This document shows, in pieces, positions 1-12,200 of a stretch of 64,000 nt of DNA. The stretch spans positions 15,252,001-15,316,000 of the forward strand of contig CM106586.1 in NCBI GenBank assembly GCA_048013815.1, given 5' to 3'. Each line of letters opens with the position of its first letter. Position 1 is the first letter of the stretch. Source of the stretch: Setoptus koraiensis (taxonomy: Eukaryota > Animalia > Arthropoda). The position numbers and the translations under genes were made by a program. The notes under the pieces are model-generated. The model saw only the letters and a program-made list of their open reading frames with translations, ran no database searches and was not told the DNA's origin.

Positions 1-35
1 CTGGCAGTTGTTTTTCGGTAGAGTGCTAAACTCAC

Positions 36-295
36 TTGACAAACATTATAGTGCCAGTTCGGCTCATAGTCCTGGCGATGGCCTTCCACGACTTTGTTAT
101 CTTGAATATTTGTCTAACGTTGAGTGGCATTCGTGGATCATCTTGAATCTTGCTAAAATCACCCACTTCGTCCATGCTGACCACTTGTTTTGCACCGCCG
201 CCGGCACTTTGACTGTTCGAAGACGTCTGGTTGCTGTCTGTATCTTGGCCATTTTCGTTCTTTGCCAAGATACGTTTGCCGATGGCGCAACCCAT
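36..295 (-). CDS. N-acylated globin (globin X / GbX-like), first coding exon; gene continues off the left edge of the window
   Basis: ORF 32..307 gives MGCAIGK...PLNVRQIFKITKSWKAIARTMSRTGTIMFV(K): an MGC acylation motif followed by globin A and B helices. The exon ends at GTC AA|gtgagt (donor at 35), a phase-2 intron at helix position B12. An extra in-frame ATG lies at 307 and an acceptor aaacag at 315-316. Confidence 0.85.
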
Positions 296-480
296 TTTTT
301 TGAGCATGATTTCGCTGTTTAAGTTGAGAAAACTTTCTCACGATGTTGAACGAACGAAGGGCGAAAATTTCTACGAGTGCGTTATGTTGATTCAATTTTG
401 CTTTGCTTGGCTCACTTCGCTGCTGTTTTTTAAACATACAGTCTAAATTCGCTTGTGTTTCTCGGGTGCTGCGTTCGCCT

Positions 481-534
481 TCTCTTTTTCAACTATTGCG
501 TTCGGCGTCTCTTTTTCAACTATTGCGTTCGGCG
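481..534. repeat. 27-bp tandem repeat x2
   Basis: tctctttttcaactattgcgttcggcg is present twice, head to tail. Confidence 0.9.
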
Positions 535-3500
535 TGTCTTTTTCGAAAATGTGGTTCGATTTTTTTTAAAGACGCAATCACGAAAAATAGCGCCGCTTCG
601 ATCAAGCGTGTGTGCGTGAGTGCGAGCGCGAAAAGTTTTTCACTCTTCTGATTAATTTGTTAGCTATAAATAATTGATTCTTCACTGGTCAGCAGGCGTG
701 CACGAGCGAGCTGGAGGGCCGAAAAAGTGTCGGCAGTGTGCCGATGCGATTTTCGAGAGCGAAGAATATCTTTTGTGTTGATGATTTTTTTTTTCTTTTG
801 CTGGCTAGCTTTAAAGTTGTTCTGCTTGTTTGTTCGGATAATTTCAGAGGTGAATTGTATGCAATTGTGCAGCTTTGCTGGAGCAGTAATTGTGGGCATC
901 TGTCAGGTGTGGCGTTCAGTTGTTCATTGTTGTAATTGGGCCAGAAAAATGGAAAACTGGTGGCTGTGTGCTTGGTCAGTTGGTGGTGAGTTATCGTCAC
1001 TAGTCACTGCGTTGTCATTTGGTGGCGATGGTGGCGGATAAGTGTCGTGCGCCAAATGATGTTTCAAGCGCCCTTTTGAATGGGGCCCAACGAGGCTGCT
1101 TTGAATGGCGTTTGCACTGACGTCGTTTTGAATGGCTGTGTTACTGACTGACTGAATACTCGCGTAAGTGAGCTGAATTTGTGCGCGCCAAGTGATGTAT
1201 TTCAACAGCCACGACGATACGTCTTCTCTCTATAGGGCTTCTCTATCGCGCAACACACTGACACTAGTGTTGGTCATTCTTTTGCATTCGGTGCTAAGCG
1301 AGTAAATCTGCAAAATAAACATGAACAAGCGCTCGTTGGCGCCAGTATCAGCTACAGCGCGCGCCAGCCAGAGAGATAAGAGATGAGTTTACGTAATGAT
1401 TGTCGTCTGCTAGCGGTTGTTGGCGGCAGTCGACGCGCGAATACATGCAACCAGGGGCAGCCAACTGAGCGAGTAAACGGGCTTGTGCTACTTCATTTTG
1501 CCAAAATACAGCCAGCCAGCCAGCGAGTTAGAGAGGGCGCGAGATAGAGCACATTAGTATGAGTGCCTACAGCGTTCTCGCGAGCTCGCTGCGCACCGAA
1601 GAGTGTTGCGCAACGAGGGATTGTGGCTCGCGCGGGGCCCGCGACGCCGTCGCCTGGCCCCCGTCGCCCAACGAGCCCCAACGAGCCCCAGCGAGCGAGC
1701 CAAAGAGGTACTTACAGATAGTGGCGCGCATGTTCCGTTGGGCGCGACTTATGTTTGTTGCGCCCTCTTGAACAGTTTGCCAGCCACACCAGCCCGGATT
1801 TGGCTGGGGCCCCGTGTGTGTGTGTGTGTGTGCGAGCGAGTGAGTGCGCCAGCATTAGCCCAGTTTGTAAATATAAGTATAAATATAAATATATATGTTG
1901 TTTGTGTTTGCCATTGTGTTTGTATTTATGTTTGCGTGTTGTCCCTGAAGAGACAGGCACCCGCCGACGCGGGCCCCACTAAATAGCACTCATCATAAAA
2001 GCCTATTAGCCTATAGCGGGCCCACGGTGTGGCTGGCCGCTCGAGTCGCAACATACTCTGTTGAACAAGGCCGCTCGAGACAGCCAGCCAGCGATCGTTG
2101 GTGAGATAGGAGGTCAGTTAAACAACGACCAAACTAATACGCCACTGACCTAACCGGTCGCCGTCTCGTGTGACTCTAAATAGAGGCGCCGATCGACACT
2201 ATTTAGAGACGGCTACATTTGCAGCAACCAATTGCAGCGGCACCAACGGCGAGCAAGTGCAACTTTTAATCCAATAGCGAGTCGATGGATGGATAAAATG
2301 TTGAAATTACTCGGAAACCAGTTTAGCGATAATATAATTTCATTTTATTTTGTTTTGTTTTCCAACGAGCCAGTGAGTCTTCGCTTTGCGCCACTCCGCT
2401 ATAGTGCTATGTATGCTGCACAGAGAGAGAGAGAGAGCGAAGGGGCCCCACAAGCCAGCTGTATATGTGTGTGTGTGTAATACATATTATGTAATATTGT
2501 AATGTTAGGCATAATCGCAAAGCCATCAAGCAACTGCGCTCCAGTCTATACTCTGTCCAGTCTAGACTCACTGCAGTGCAGTGATATCTCTACAGTATAG
2601 CAGCCAGTGCGATTGAATATCAATGCTGCTGTGAATGTTACGCAACAGCGACGCGCTTTGTGTCTATTGTTTCAAATGGGCCCCAAAGATAATGGCATCG
2701 ATAGCTGGCCAGTTCAGTTTCAATGAACACGCGCTCGCCGACTTGATTTCTGGCTGTAAAATAAATGCAACCATCAGAGTTGTTAGCCGGCGTGCTGGCC
2801 CCAGTCACAGTCGCTCCAGTCAGAGTCGCAAAGTCGACCAATGGGCCCCAATTAGAGCGCATTCGCTCTTGTGCGCCATCCGTGCCATTTTATTGCATGG
2901 ATATTGCCATACTATCATCGTGTATCACTATGCGATATCAATGCCATGAATATCTATACTCGGGCCCGTCCGTCCGTATGTGTTTGCGCATGAAAATGGC
3001 TCTAATGAGATCATCTATCTTAATTCGCTGCAACAGGGGCCAGGCGGCGCCCAGTCGCTGGCCAGCCACTGGCCAGTCAAGTGATCCGCTGCTGGCAGTG
3101 ATTTCTATCATTCTGGCAATCATTTCGCGTGTCCATTTCGCTGTCAATTTCGTCTATTGGCGCGCTGATTTGGGCCCGCGATTCGGGCGCGCGCGCGCGC
3201 AACATTGGCCACGGGCCCCAGGGGCACACGAGGGAACAGTTTGCATTATTATTATTATTATTGGCGCTGCTATTTCGGAATTTCGAGCACACACACACAC
3301 AGTTTTGCGCTCGGCCAGCTCGGCATGATTTGCGTCTCTTGTTTGAGTTTGAGTCGCAGTTTTATTCCGAGTTTGATTCGGAGTTTGGCCAGCAGTTTGA
3401 CTGCCGGTTGGGCCCAAAGTTTGATTCCGGCTGCGAGCTTCGCGATGGGCGACACAATTTTCCACGGCAAGCCGGTTCGCGTGCGTGCTTGCGCGCGCGC

Positions 3501-3820
3501 GTGTGGGTGTCAGTTTGGGGCCTCGTTGGAGGCCGACGACGAATGATAAAAATAATAAGCAAGGGATGAAATGGAATTAAATTGAATCGCGGCCAATGGC
3601 GCCTGGCCCGCACTGAATGGAATCGATTTTGTGTTGATAATAACGGAAACGAGCGTTTCAATTCAATTTGGCGCTGCTAGGCGGCAATATTGAGCCGTGA
3701 CAAGGCCCAATATTGCACCGGCAGCATTAACGAGACGGCCGGCCAACACCAAGATAATCCAGCCGGTCGCTGCTGTTTGATAGCGGCCCGATAACCGTGT
3801 TACGCCGCTCGCCGCATCGG

Positions 3821-3880
3821 GCTCATCGCCGCCACTGAAGCTAGCTCGGCGCGCTCATCGCCGCCACTGGGGCTAGCTTG
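3821..3880. repeat. 32-bp tandem repeat x~2
   Basis: gctcatcgccgccactg(aa/gg)gctagct starts at 3821 and 3853. Confidence 0.85.
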
Positions 3881-4250
3881 CCGAGCTAGATTGCTGGCCG
3901 GCAAACAAGCTCGCGATGGGCCATCGAGCGTTGCGTAATGGGTAATGTTGCGATGAAACGCGCGCTCGAGTGGCGATGCCGTGCGATCGCGCCCGGCCCA
4001 GCGGCAGCAACAAATTGAGCCAATTGACACTGACAATTGCGGGCGACCGTGGCGCCGACATTCAGCCCACATATAGCAAGTTAATCAAGTGCGGGCCGAC
4101 GGGGCTCCCAAGTTGGCTCGGCCGAGGCAAAACTTAAATACGCGCAACTGCGCGTAACTAACCTGTCGGTCTCATCAGCATCAACTATTTGCATATTACG
4201 CGCAAGTGACAAGTTTTCAGCGTCAACCGTCGGCGCAGCCACTCGGAACT

Positions 4251-4320
4251 AGGCGCAAATGGGCGCAAATAGACGCAACTAGACGCAACTTGACGCAACT
4301 TGACGCAACTTGACGGAAGT
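4251..4320. repeat. 10-bp degenerate tandem repeat (gacgcaactt-like) x~6
   Basis: Reads aggcgcaaat gggcgcaaat agacgcaact agacgcaact tgacgcaact tgacgcaact tgacgg. Confidence 0.85.
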
Positions 4321-5063
4321 GGACGGACGGGCGAGCGAGACGCCACTAGGCGGCGCGATCAGCGAAGCAGGTACGACGTAAACCAATCAATCTGGCCGGT
4401 GTTTGATCTCGTGCTCATCATCGGCTCGCGGGGCCGCATATCGCACCGGCGCGCACCTGTGCATTAATGATTAGCCACGGTGATCACTTAATCACCTGGC
4501 GCATCGTGCACGGGCCGGCCGGCCCGTGATAGCGGGCAAACTTGATTCATTGGCGCGCCCATTGTAGCATAATGATTTATTTGTGTCCGCTATCGTGGCG
4601 TGTAAGCTCAGCGTGACAGTGACACATCACCGCGGATATGTCCGGCTCCCGCATATACCCGCATACACATGCTACTGTATAGCGTATACAGTATACGTAG
4701 TTGTGTAACGATAGCCCGCCGAAGCGGGCGCCGAGATAAGATTGAGAGGCGCAAATTAAGCGACAAAATCGACCGATAGATAGACGGAGATAGCGCTAAA
4801 AAGCGCACCTCCATATGCTGCGCTTGTTAGCCGATGTTGCCACGGGCAAAATTGTCAAAATTGGCGAGCTTGGCGAGTTGCGCCGACAGGCGCTGGCAAC
4901 AACATTGTTAATTAGGCCGCTCGCAAGCCCAAATGGCTGGCCGAGTGCCTAATAGCGGCCGAATTCACTCATCAGAATGCAAATACTGGCCAGCACTAAA
5001 TATTGTTGCTGTCGGGGGCGCTGGTCGCGTCGCTCGCCTGGCTGGAGCGCGCCGGCACGGGCC

Positions 5064-5150
5064 AGCGGTGACGGGCGCCAGCTCCGACGCAACCGAGCGG
5101 TGACGGGCGCCAGCTCCGACGCGGCCGAGCGGCGACCCGTCGACGCGGCC
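5064..5150. repeat. 32-bp GC-rich tandem repeat x~2.5
   Basis: agcggtgacgggcgccagctccgacgc occurs at 5064 and 5096, with a degenerate third copy at 5128. Confidence 0.85.
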
Positions 5151-6767
5151 CGCGAAACAGCGACAAAACAAAGAGCCACTAACACAATTATCTGTTGTTG
5201 CCGGCAATATAAATAGACCATTAGCGATAATATAAATTGGCCCTGCGAACGTTTTGCTTTTTTATTATTCGTTCGGCTGGCTGTCGGTGGTGTCGCTGTC
5301 GCCGGTTGGCGCTCGCTGTCGCCGGTTTGGCGCCCGCTGTCACCGCTGGTCAGTGTTGCGCGACACCAATCCAATATATTCAATATATACGACCGGCACG
5401 CGCCAGAACGTGCCGCCCGGCCGCCCAATGACCAGCCACTCAAGCGGCCGGCCCGTGTCCAGGTGACCGGCCACGTCAGCGGCACCGTGATGACAAAACA
5501 CACGAAGCAAAACAATATTTTGCCCACACGTCTACACAATGACACAATGACGCCCGCCGCGCCGCGCCCCGTCGTCCGCTGACATTGACACCGGCAGCAG
5601 CGCGTCACCGTCACGTCAACGGCGACACGGCCGCGCAAGGTTCGCTGCAATTGCATCGCCGGCGCCACCGCCATTGCGATGCCCGCATTTATCCGCCGCT
5701 TCCCGGGCGCGCCGGCCCGCGAGCGGCGCGCCAGTTCGTGCCCGTCAGTTGGGGCCCGCCAGTTCGTGCCCGTCACTTCGTGCCCGGCCATAAACTAGAG
5801 TTAGTTTTGGCCAAAACTGGGCGCTTTTGGGCTCCCGCCTTTGGCCTCGCCGGGCAAGTGTCAAGCTTACTTGGCAATAAATCTGGCGGTTAGCGCGCCC
5901 CGTTTTATTTCGGGCCAATAACGCAAAACTGGCCTCATACTGAATGCGGCATACATGACGGACCGTTATCGATACTGGCGCCTCACCTGCGCCATTTAGC
6001 ATGCCCGAGGTGCGCGTTTGTTTGCGCGGGCCGGAGCGAGCGTTCGAAAAGGTTCAAAAATTTCATTTGCACCACTTTTCGTTGCTGTTCTGCGGCGCCC
6101 TTCTGACGCGGCCGTGTATGCATGCCAGGCGCCCACCCCCCAAATCACGGGCCCGCCGTCCGATTTCGGATAACTGCCCGTGTTCCAACCGCTATAGCAG
6201 TGTGATTCGCAGCAGCCGTTGTAAACTGTGCACGTCAGCAAGCCAGCGAAAACGAGCCGAGCGCCAGTCCGCAAACCAAACAATTTACCGGCGAGCTCAC
6301 CTATTGTGCAAATGTGAAGTGTGCCAACTCTGGCGGGACCCGCCACTGGCCGCACTTTGTCAATAAGCATAACAAGATATTTGCCAACATGCAGCCAGGG
6401 CGCCATCCATCATTTCGTGCTTGAGCTATCCAGCGAACTCCGTTGAACGGGGTCTTTGCAGACTTCGTTGAAGTCTTGCCAGACGCCACACTCAAGTGGT
6501 CACTTCTGGAACGACACCTAAAAGAGGCTCCCCCGTTTGAGAGCTGTTGTCCTGTGTACAAACACACACACACACAAGTCGGGGGCCGTCGAATCGATCA
6601 AAATGCAGACACTGGCGCTGGGTTTGCGACCGGGTGTCGGCGCTCGCGGAATTTGCGGGCCACAAGTTCAAACTGAGAAACTGTTCGGGTCACTCTAGTT
6701 GCGCGATTTAGTTGTCGCAAAATCTCCATTAAATGAAAATCAAGACCGCGCCACGATCGGCGACAGA

Positions 6768-6773
<6 letters not shown>

Positions 6774-6802
<29 letters not shown>
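6774..6802. repeat. (GA)n microsatellite
   Basis: Perfect GA run seen directly. Confidence 0.95.
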
Positions 6803-6805
<3 letters not shown>

Positions 6806-8702
6806 CTCACTTGGACTTGTTATTCGAGCATTATGGTAATAATACATTCGGGCTCAAGTGGCAAAATGATAATAAGATGAAGCTGTTAGTGTGGCGTGAA
6901 GCATATGAATTGCCAGGTCCAGTCTGGGGGCCCACTGTGGCCCGCGCCACACACGCGCCACCATTAAACTTGAAAAATATGGCAAGGCCATTAGTTGTGG
7001 CCAGCTCGGTCAGCACACAACACGTTGTACGCACGTTGCTAACCACAGAATTGGTGAACCGGAAATAACACGCGTTGCCCGCCTCAAGCGTAACCCATGG
7101 TCGCTCAACAGCGTCGAGACGCGCTTCGTAAGATGAAACAGACTGCAAACGAAGCACAAATCCAGCCTGACAGTCAGTCTCATGGGGGCAGCTTCGTAAA
7201 ATTATTCCTTCGATCATGTATAATGAGAATATTGTTTTAATGCTTGCTGCTTGCGCCAATTCGAACGACTCCATATGATATATGCGAATTCCATACGATT
7301 CACCGATTATGCTAATGTAAACGCACAGTCTTGAGTGCAGATTCAATATTTTTCAGATGAAAAATTAACACTTGTCACTCGAGAGAGAGAGAGAGAGAGG
7401 GCGCAAGAATCTATTCATGAAATAAAGTGCAAGCTCGCATTTAGATTTTGAATTAATTGGATTGAATCATGGCCAAAGTTGCCCATCCACTCTGTAACGA
7501 AAAGCGGCGAGTGTGTGCGTCAACGTCAAAATATTATCCTCTATAAATCCTCTGCAACCAAGCCAGCCTTGTCAACTGTTCGGCTCGATACATACAATGG
7601 TCCGGCACATGTCGTCAATTCCGCATGAAGTCATCTGGACATTGAAAATGGAACATGTTACTCAAACTGATTTTGTGTCTCAGTGACTCACATTATGTAA
7701 CCAGTTCATGAATGCACAGTGTGACCCCATTATTATCTTGCAAATTCATAAATCACAATTCATGAATCATGATTATCACATATGAACATTTAATGAAGCC
7801 CACGCAATCTAGCTAAAACCCTGGGGTTACTGCGTCACTAAAACTAAAAATGAACTTGCACAATTCATTAGAATTATTCTGTTGCGACTGCACAGTTGCG
7901 ACTGCAAACCAATTATATATTCAATAGAGTGTTACATTTCAAAATTAAAATAGATGAAATGCTCGTGGCTGAGTGAGAGCCACTTTGAGCCATCGCTATA
8001 GTTATGCAAAACATTAAATAGATGGCTGTTATTTTCGAGATGAAGAGCTCCACTTTTTAACTATTTCTCGCTGGCAATTTTAGTAGATCGATGATATTCA
8101 TGGCATAAGCAATTTGTGAGCCCGTTCAAATAATTATTTCAGCATGATTTGTTTGCATATTACAAAGGACATCTCTGGGGCCCCAACTTTTTATCAGCGC
8201 TGGCCAATACAGCTTGCGGATAGTGAAAACAAGCATTGGCCAACAGTGACAACAACAACAAAAAACATCCACCAGCTATCTTCTGTTTTAGAAAATTTGA
8301 CTTTCTCTGTCGCTAAAACGTTCTATCTATCTTCAGTTTTCTGAACAATGAAACAGCCTCACGGAATTTCACAGTCTGAAATTGTCGAAAAAGTTGACTA
8401 AAAATGCAGCGTTTGCCCAGCTTTTGCCAAAGAGCACGCGTTCACGAAAGAGCACGCACAAAGCGAGCGCGAACGAAAATATGGCAATCACGTGTTGTTT
8501 GCTCCACTTCCGGTTCGACGTAGTGCCTGTCCATTTGAGCGCACGATTTACTCACGTGCGTGATTGATACGTGCGTATTAGCTGCACGTAAATAGTAGCT
8601 GATTGTTCGGTGATACATTATGTTTGTTGGACGATGTGCAAATTGTTATGTCACATAGGTCGACTTGTGAGCTCACGATCATCTAGCTTGCTGGCGCTAT
8701 CA

Positions 8703-8790
8703 AAGTGTTGTTGTTGTTGTTGCTAGTGTTGTTGTTGTTGTCGTTGTTGGCGTTGTTGTTGCTGCTGCTGCTGTCGTTGTTGTTGCTGAC
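8703..8790. repeat. compound trinucleotide microsatellite (GTT/GCT)n
   Basis: Interspersed gtt and gct runs seen directly. Confidence 0.85.
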
Positions 8791-9087
8791 GTTGGTGCAC
8801 TTGCAATTAGTTTGCCAGTCTGCCCTATGCCAATGATGTAAACAAGTCAACATGTTTTGCTGAGTCATTTCCTTCAGCTAGTGAATTATAAGTTTGATAA
8901 TTTGTAACTCGCAGCTTTCAATTAAATTCAGTGCCCTAATGATACCATACAGAGACCGTGGGCGCACGAATGGGGCCCCCACGGAGGCGGGGGCGGTGGC
9001 CTTGTGTGTGGTGTCCGCTGACACCGTCGGCAGCGCCATCATTATAATCAACAAAAAAGAAAAAATAAAAACAGCAATGAGAAAAAA

Positions 9088-9275
9088 GAACAACAACAAC
9101 AACAACTATTGTTCAATTACAACTGCCTGTTGTAATTATTGCCATCAATATCAGGCTTGCCTACTACTACTACTACTGCCACCACCACTACCGCCACTGC
9201 CACTACCACCACTACCACTACTACTACTACTGCTACTACAACACTAATGATGATGACGCAACAATGATGCTGCTG
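9088..9275. repeat. compound trinucleotide low-complexity tract (AAC/CTA/CCA/GAT)n
   Basis: Successive aac, cta, cca and gat runs. Confidence 0.85.
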
Positions 9276-12200
9276 ATGATTCGGCCACAATCTTAGCAGC
9301 ACACACAAAATCCATTTGGCCCCATAGAGCGACAGAGGTCCCGCTAATCACCTTGATGGGCGTCGCTTACTCACCACACGCACGCACATTTGCTATTTTG
9401 CAATCTGGTTGACGTAATTCAATTGTAGCTGCTGACAAATTGTAATCGCTGCCTACGTACAATTGTACACTGTTTGTGCATTATATTAAGAGGAGAGAAA
9501 AGCGATGCGATTATGTAATATATGATAGGCAGATCGTCGTTGGCTTACGACAACTGGTAGCCAACGAACAGGCAACATAAACAGTGGCGAAAAACAGTAA
9601 AATGGCGAAAATTTTCTCTATTTCTATGCACACTGTCCACACTAGTATGGCCTCTACTTTATTTGCATGCTGAAAGAAAAGTGCCCAAAACAAAACTTGC
9701 AGTCGGGCTCATAGATGAAAAATGGTTGCAGTCATAAGTCATTCATATTACGTGCGTTCAGAAATCTGTTCGTGCCGCAATCCGCAAAACAATCCCGTTC
9801 AATCCCGGTTGTTGTGTCAATGTCTGCCGGCCTCATCTCTAAATCGAACTGATGGAAAGCGCCAAAAATCGCCACAGTGCCGGATAAAAATTTGCCCGCT
9901 CGGCCTAAGTACACTTGATCTAGTTAGCTGGCTCCGAGCGGGTCAGCCCTGTCCGATTTGATTCCAGTCTAACGGAACAGAATGCAACTAAATGGCGCCT
10001 CTAGTCCCATCACAACTGAGTTCATCTATTGCACATTCACCAGTAGAACAAGTCAATTTATATCGCGCGATTTACGACCACTATCCATCCTGGACCATTT
10101 CGAAATTCTGATTCACAATTTCTGAATGATAGAAATCGAATTGAATTCTCGCGCCCGCGAAGTTTCGCGGGGCAGCCACAAAAAATGAGTTCGCACCTAC
10201 CCTGTGCGGCTGTTTGCTGTTTCCTCCGACAGTCGGACTACTCTGGCCGAACTGTGGGTATTTGTACGAGTGCCCCCATTAATATTTAGTACCGTTCGCC
10301 CAACGAATGCACCGTATGATTCCACGAAGTCATACCAGCTATTGAAAATACGATTTTTATCCCAACTGCTGATTTGATTAAGAGAAACACGCAAAACAAT
10401 TTCAATGCTGCCTCTTTTTCGTCGATATACCGGTCGGTATATATAGATACGGCGGCTTTGGGATGGAGCGGATCTTTTTGGCCACGATATGCTGGCATCA
10501 TGCGCCAGTTTCATCACTCATAATCAAGAGCGTTTCACTGGAAAGAAGCGCACTAAAGTAGAAAGTGCCTCCCTGAACCAGAGTGGATTGCCGAATCCAC
10601 ATGGCGAACACGAAGAGGCGAAGCTGGCCTTCTTACCTTGAGCGAATTTATTATATCGGCTCCCTGTTATTCGCCCATTTTCCCTTCGCTAGTAGCTAAC
10701 GTTCTCGCACAACTTTCGGCTAAATATTGAATCAATTAGATCAGAATTCGCAGCAGCAGCCAGCGAGATGGGCTCGGCAAGAGGTTCAGCAAGGACAGGG
10801 CACAAGATACGGTTGAATGGGTCGCTTGTCAGTGTTGTGTCGCTTGACTGGCGCGCCAGCTTGCCAGCTGTAAGGTATGGTGGTGCGTGAAAACTAGTCT
10901 ATTTCAGATAAATATTTCGCCATTCGGCAGCTAAGTTTTTTTTCTTCATCTGTTGAAACAATAATCTTTCATGATAGATGGAATACGGATTTGCGTCCGA
11001 GTTCGTCCACTCGATGGTATGCATAGATCTAAAATAAAACATACCCTAAGTTTCCGTCGGGGATGGACGATATTTAGGATGCGGCAATTCCGAGGGAAAG
11101 TCTAATTTCGGGGTCGAAATTTCACGAGAAGCCCCTCTGCATTTTGCCCTCGGTTCTTCGGTGTTTTTTGTTGCCAAGCACTTGTACATTCTTTCCACTA
11201 GGCGTTGGGCACTTTGAGTATTTGGGCAGAAACTCTCTGATAAACATCTAATGAAAAGGCCCCAGAAAAAAAAGGAAGAGAAAAAAAGTAGAAAAATCCA
11301 ATTTCGGATGTTGCCCTGAGTGGTCTATAGTCTGGAGTATCGAAAGATATTTATTCAAATAACTTTTCGCTGCAATGTTTCGAGTTTTCCAAGTGCGCGC
11401 CAGCTCGACATTTGTGATGTGTCATCTGATGTGTTGCTGCTGCATTTTTGTTTCTGTTCGCGGCCATCATTTGCGAGGCCCTCGCGTAAAAAAATCGGGT
11501 TGCATGTGTTAGTGCGAATCATACAAGTTTTCAAGGTGAAACAATGTTTGCTCATTGTTCGGTCGCTCGGCCACCAACGAGCTCGCTGATGAGCAAATTT
11601 CCTACACCTACATGTATGTGTGTTGTTGTTAGTGGATCGGCATCGACACTAACACCAACGACTGAGCGTACAGCAACGGTAACTGTGGCCCGTTTTTTCG
11701 CACGAAAGAAAAAACTTTAGATGATGCGTAACAACAGTCCGGAACTCGAATATTACATGTGATTTAGGTGGCCTTGCTGGCGAACGGCAAGCGGCAATTG
11801 GTGGCAACTTGTTTCGTTGGCTGTGCGCCAGTTGTGCACTTGCGCTCTTTTGGCCCCACCAGGCCCCAAAATTGTTTTCTAGTGGGGCATCAGTATCATC
11901 GATAGTATTGGTGGCAGCATCAATAGTAGAGTAATGGCAGACGATGATGAAGGCAACGGCATATCCGTTAGGCTTGGCATGATTTGCATAATTTCACTCA
12001 ATGTTCTTGTTTCACTGTTTGCACGCACCTCCATCCATTGTGTGTTGTGCGCCTCATTGATGCCACTCGCCAGATAAGCTGCTGCCTCTTGCTGCAATAG
12101 CTGTGAACAACATTTGAGGCGAACTGCTAACTTACTTATGATAGATGATTGAGCCACTGTTGTTGATGGTTAGATGCGATGAAACGCGATAAAACGCGAT

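Noticed and set aside
4949-5791. 280-aa minus-strand ORF
   Set aside because: It lies in GC-rich DNA containing the 32-bp tandem repeat, has R/A/G-biased composition and shows no recognisable domain.
6831-7346. 171-aa minus-strand ORF
   Set aside because: It has a non-ATG start and no recognisable family, and about one ORF of this length is expected by chance in a window of this size.
9375-9428. 54-nt candidate minus-strand exon (cag|...|gtgagt; ATIELRQPDCKIANVRAC) and other isolated minus-strand donors near 6810, 10199, 10636 and 12136
   Set aside because: Such splice-like hexamers are expected frequently by chance, and I could not chain them into a coherent reading frame.
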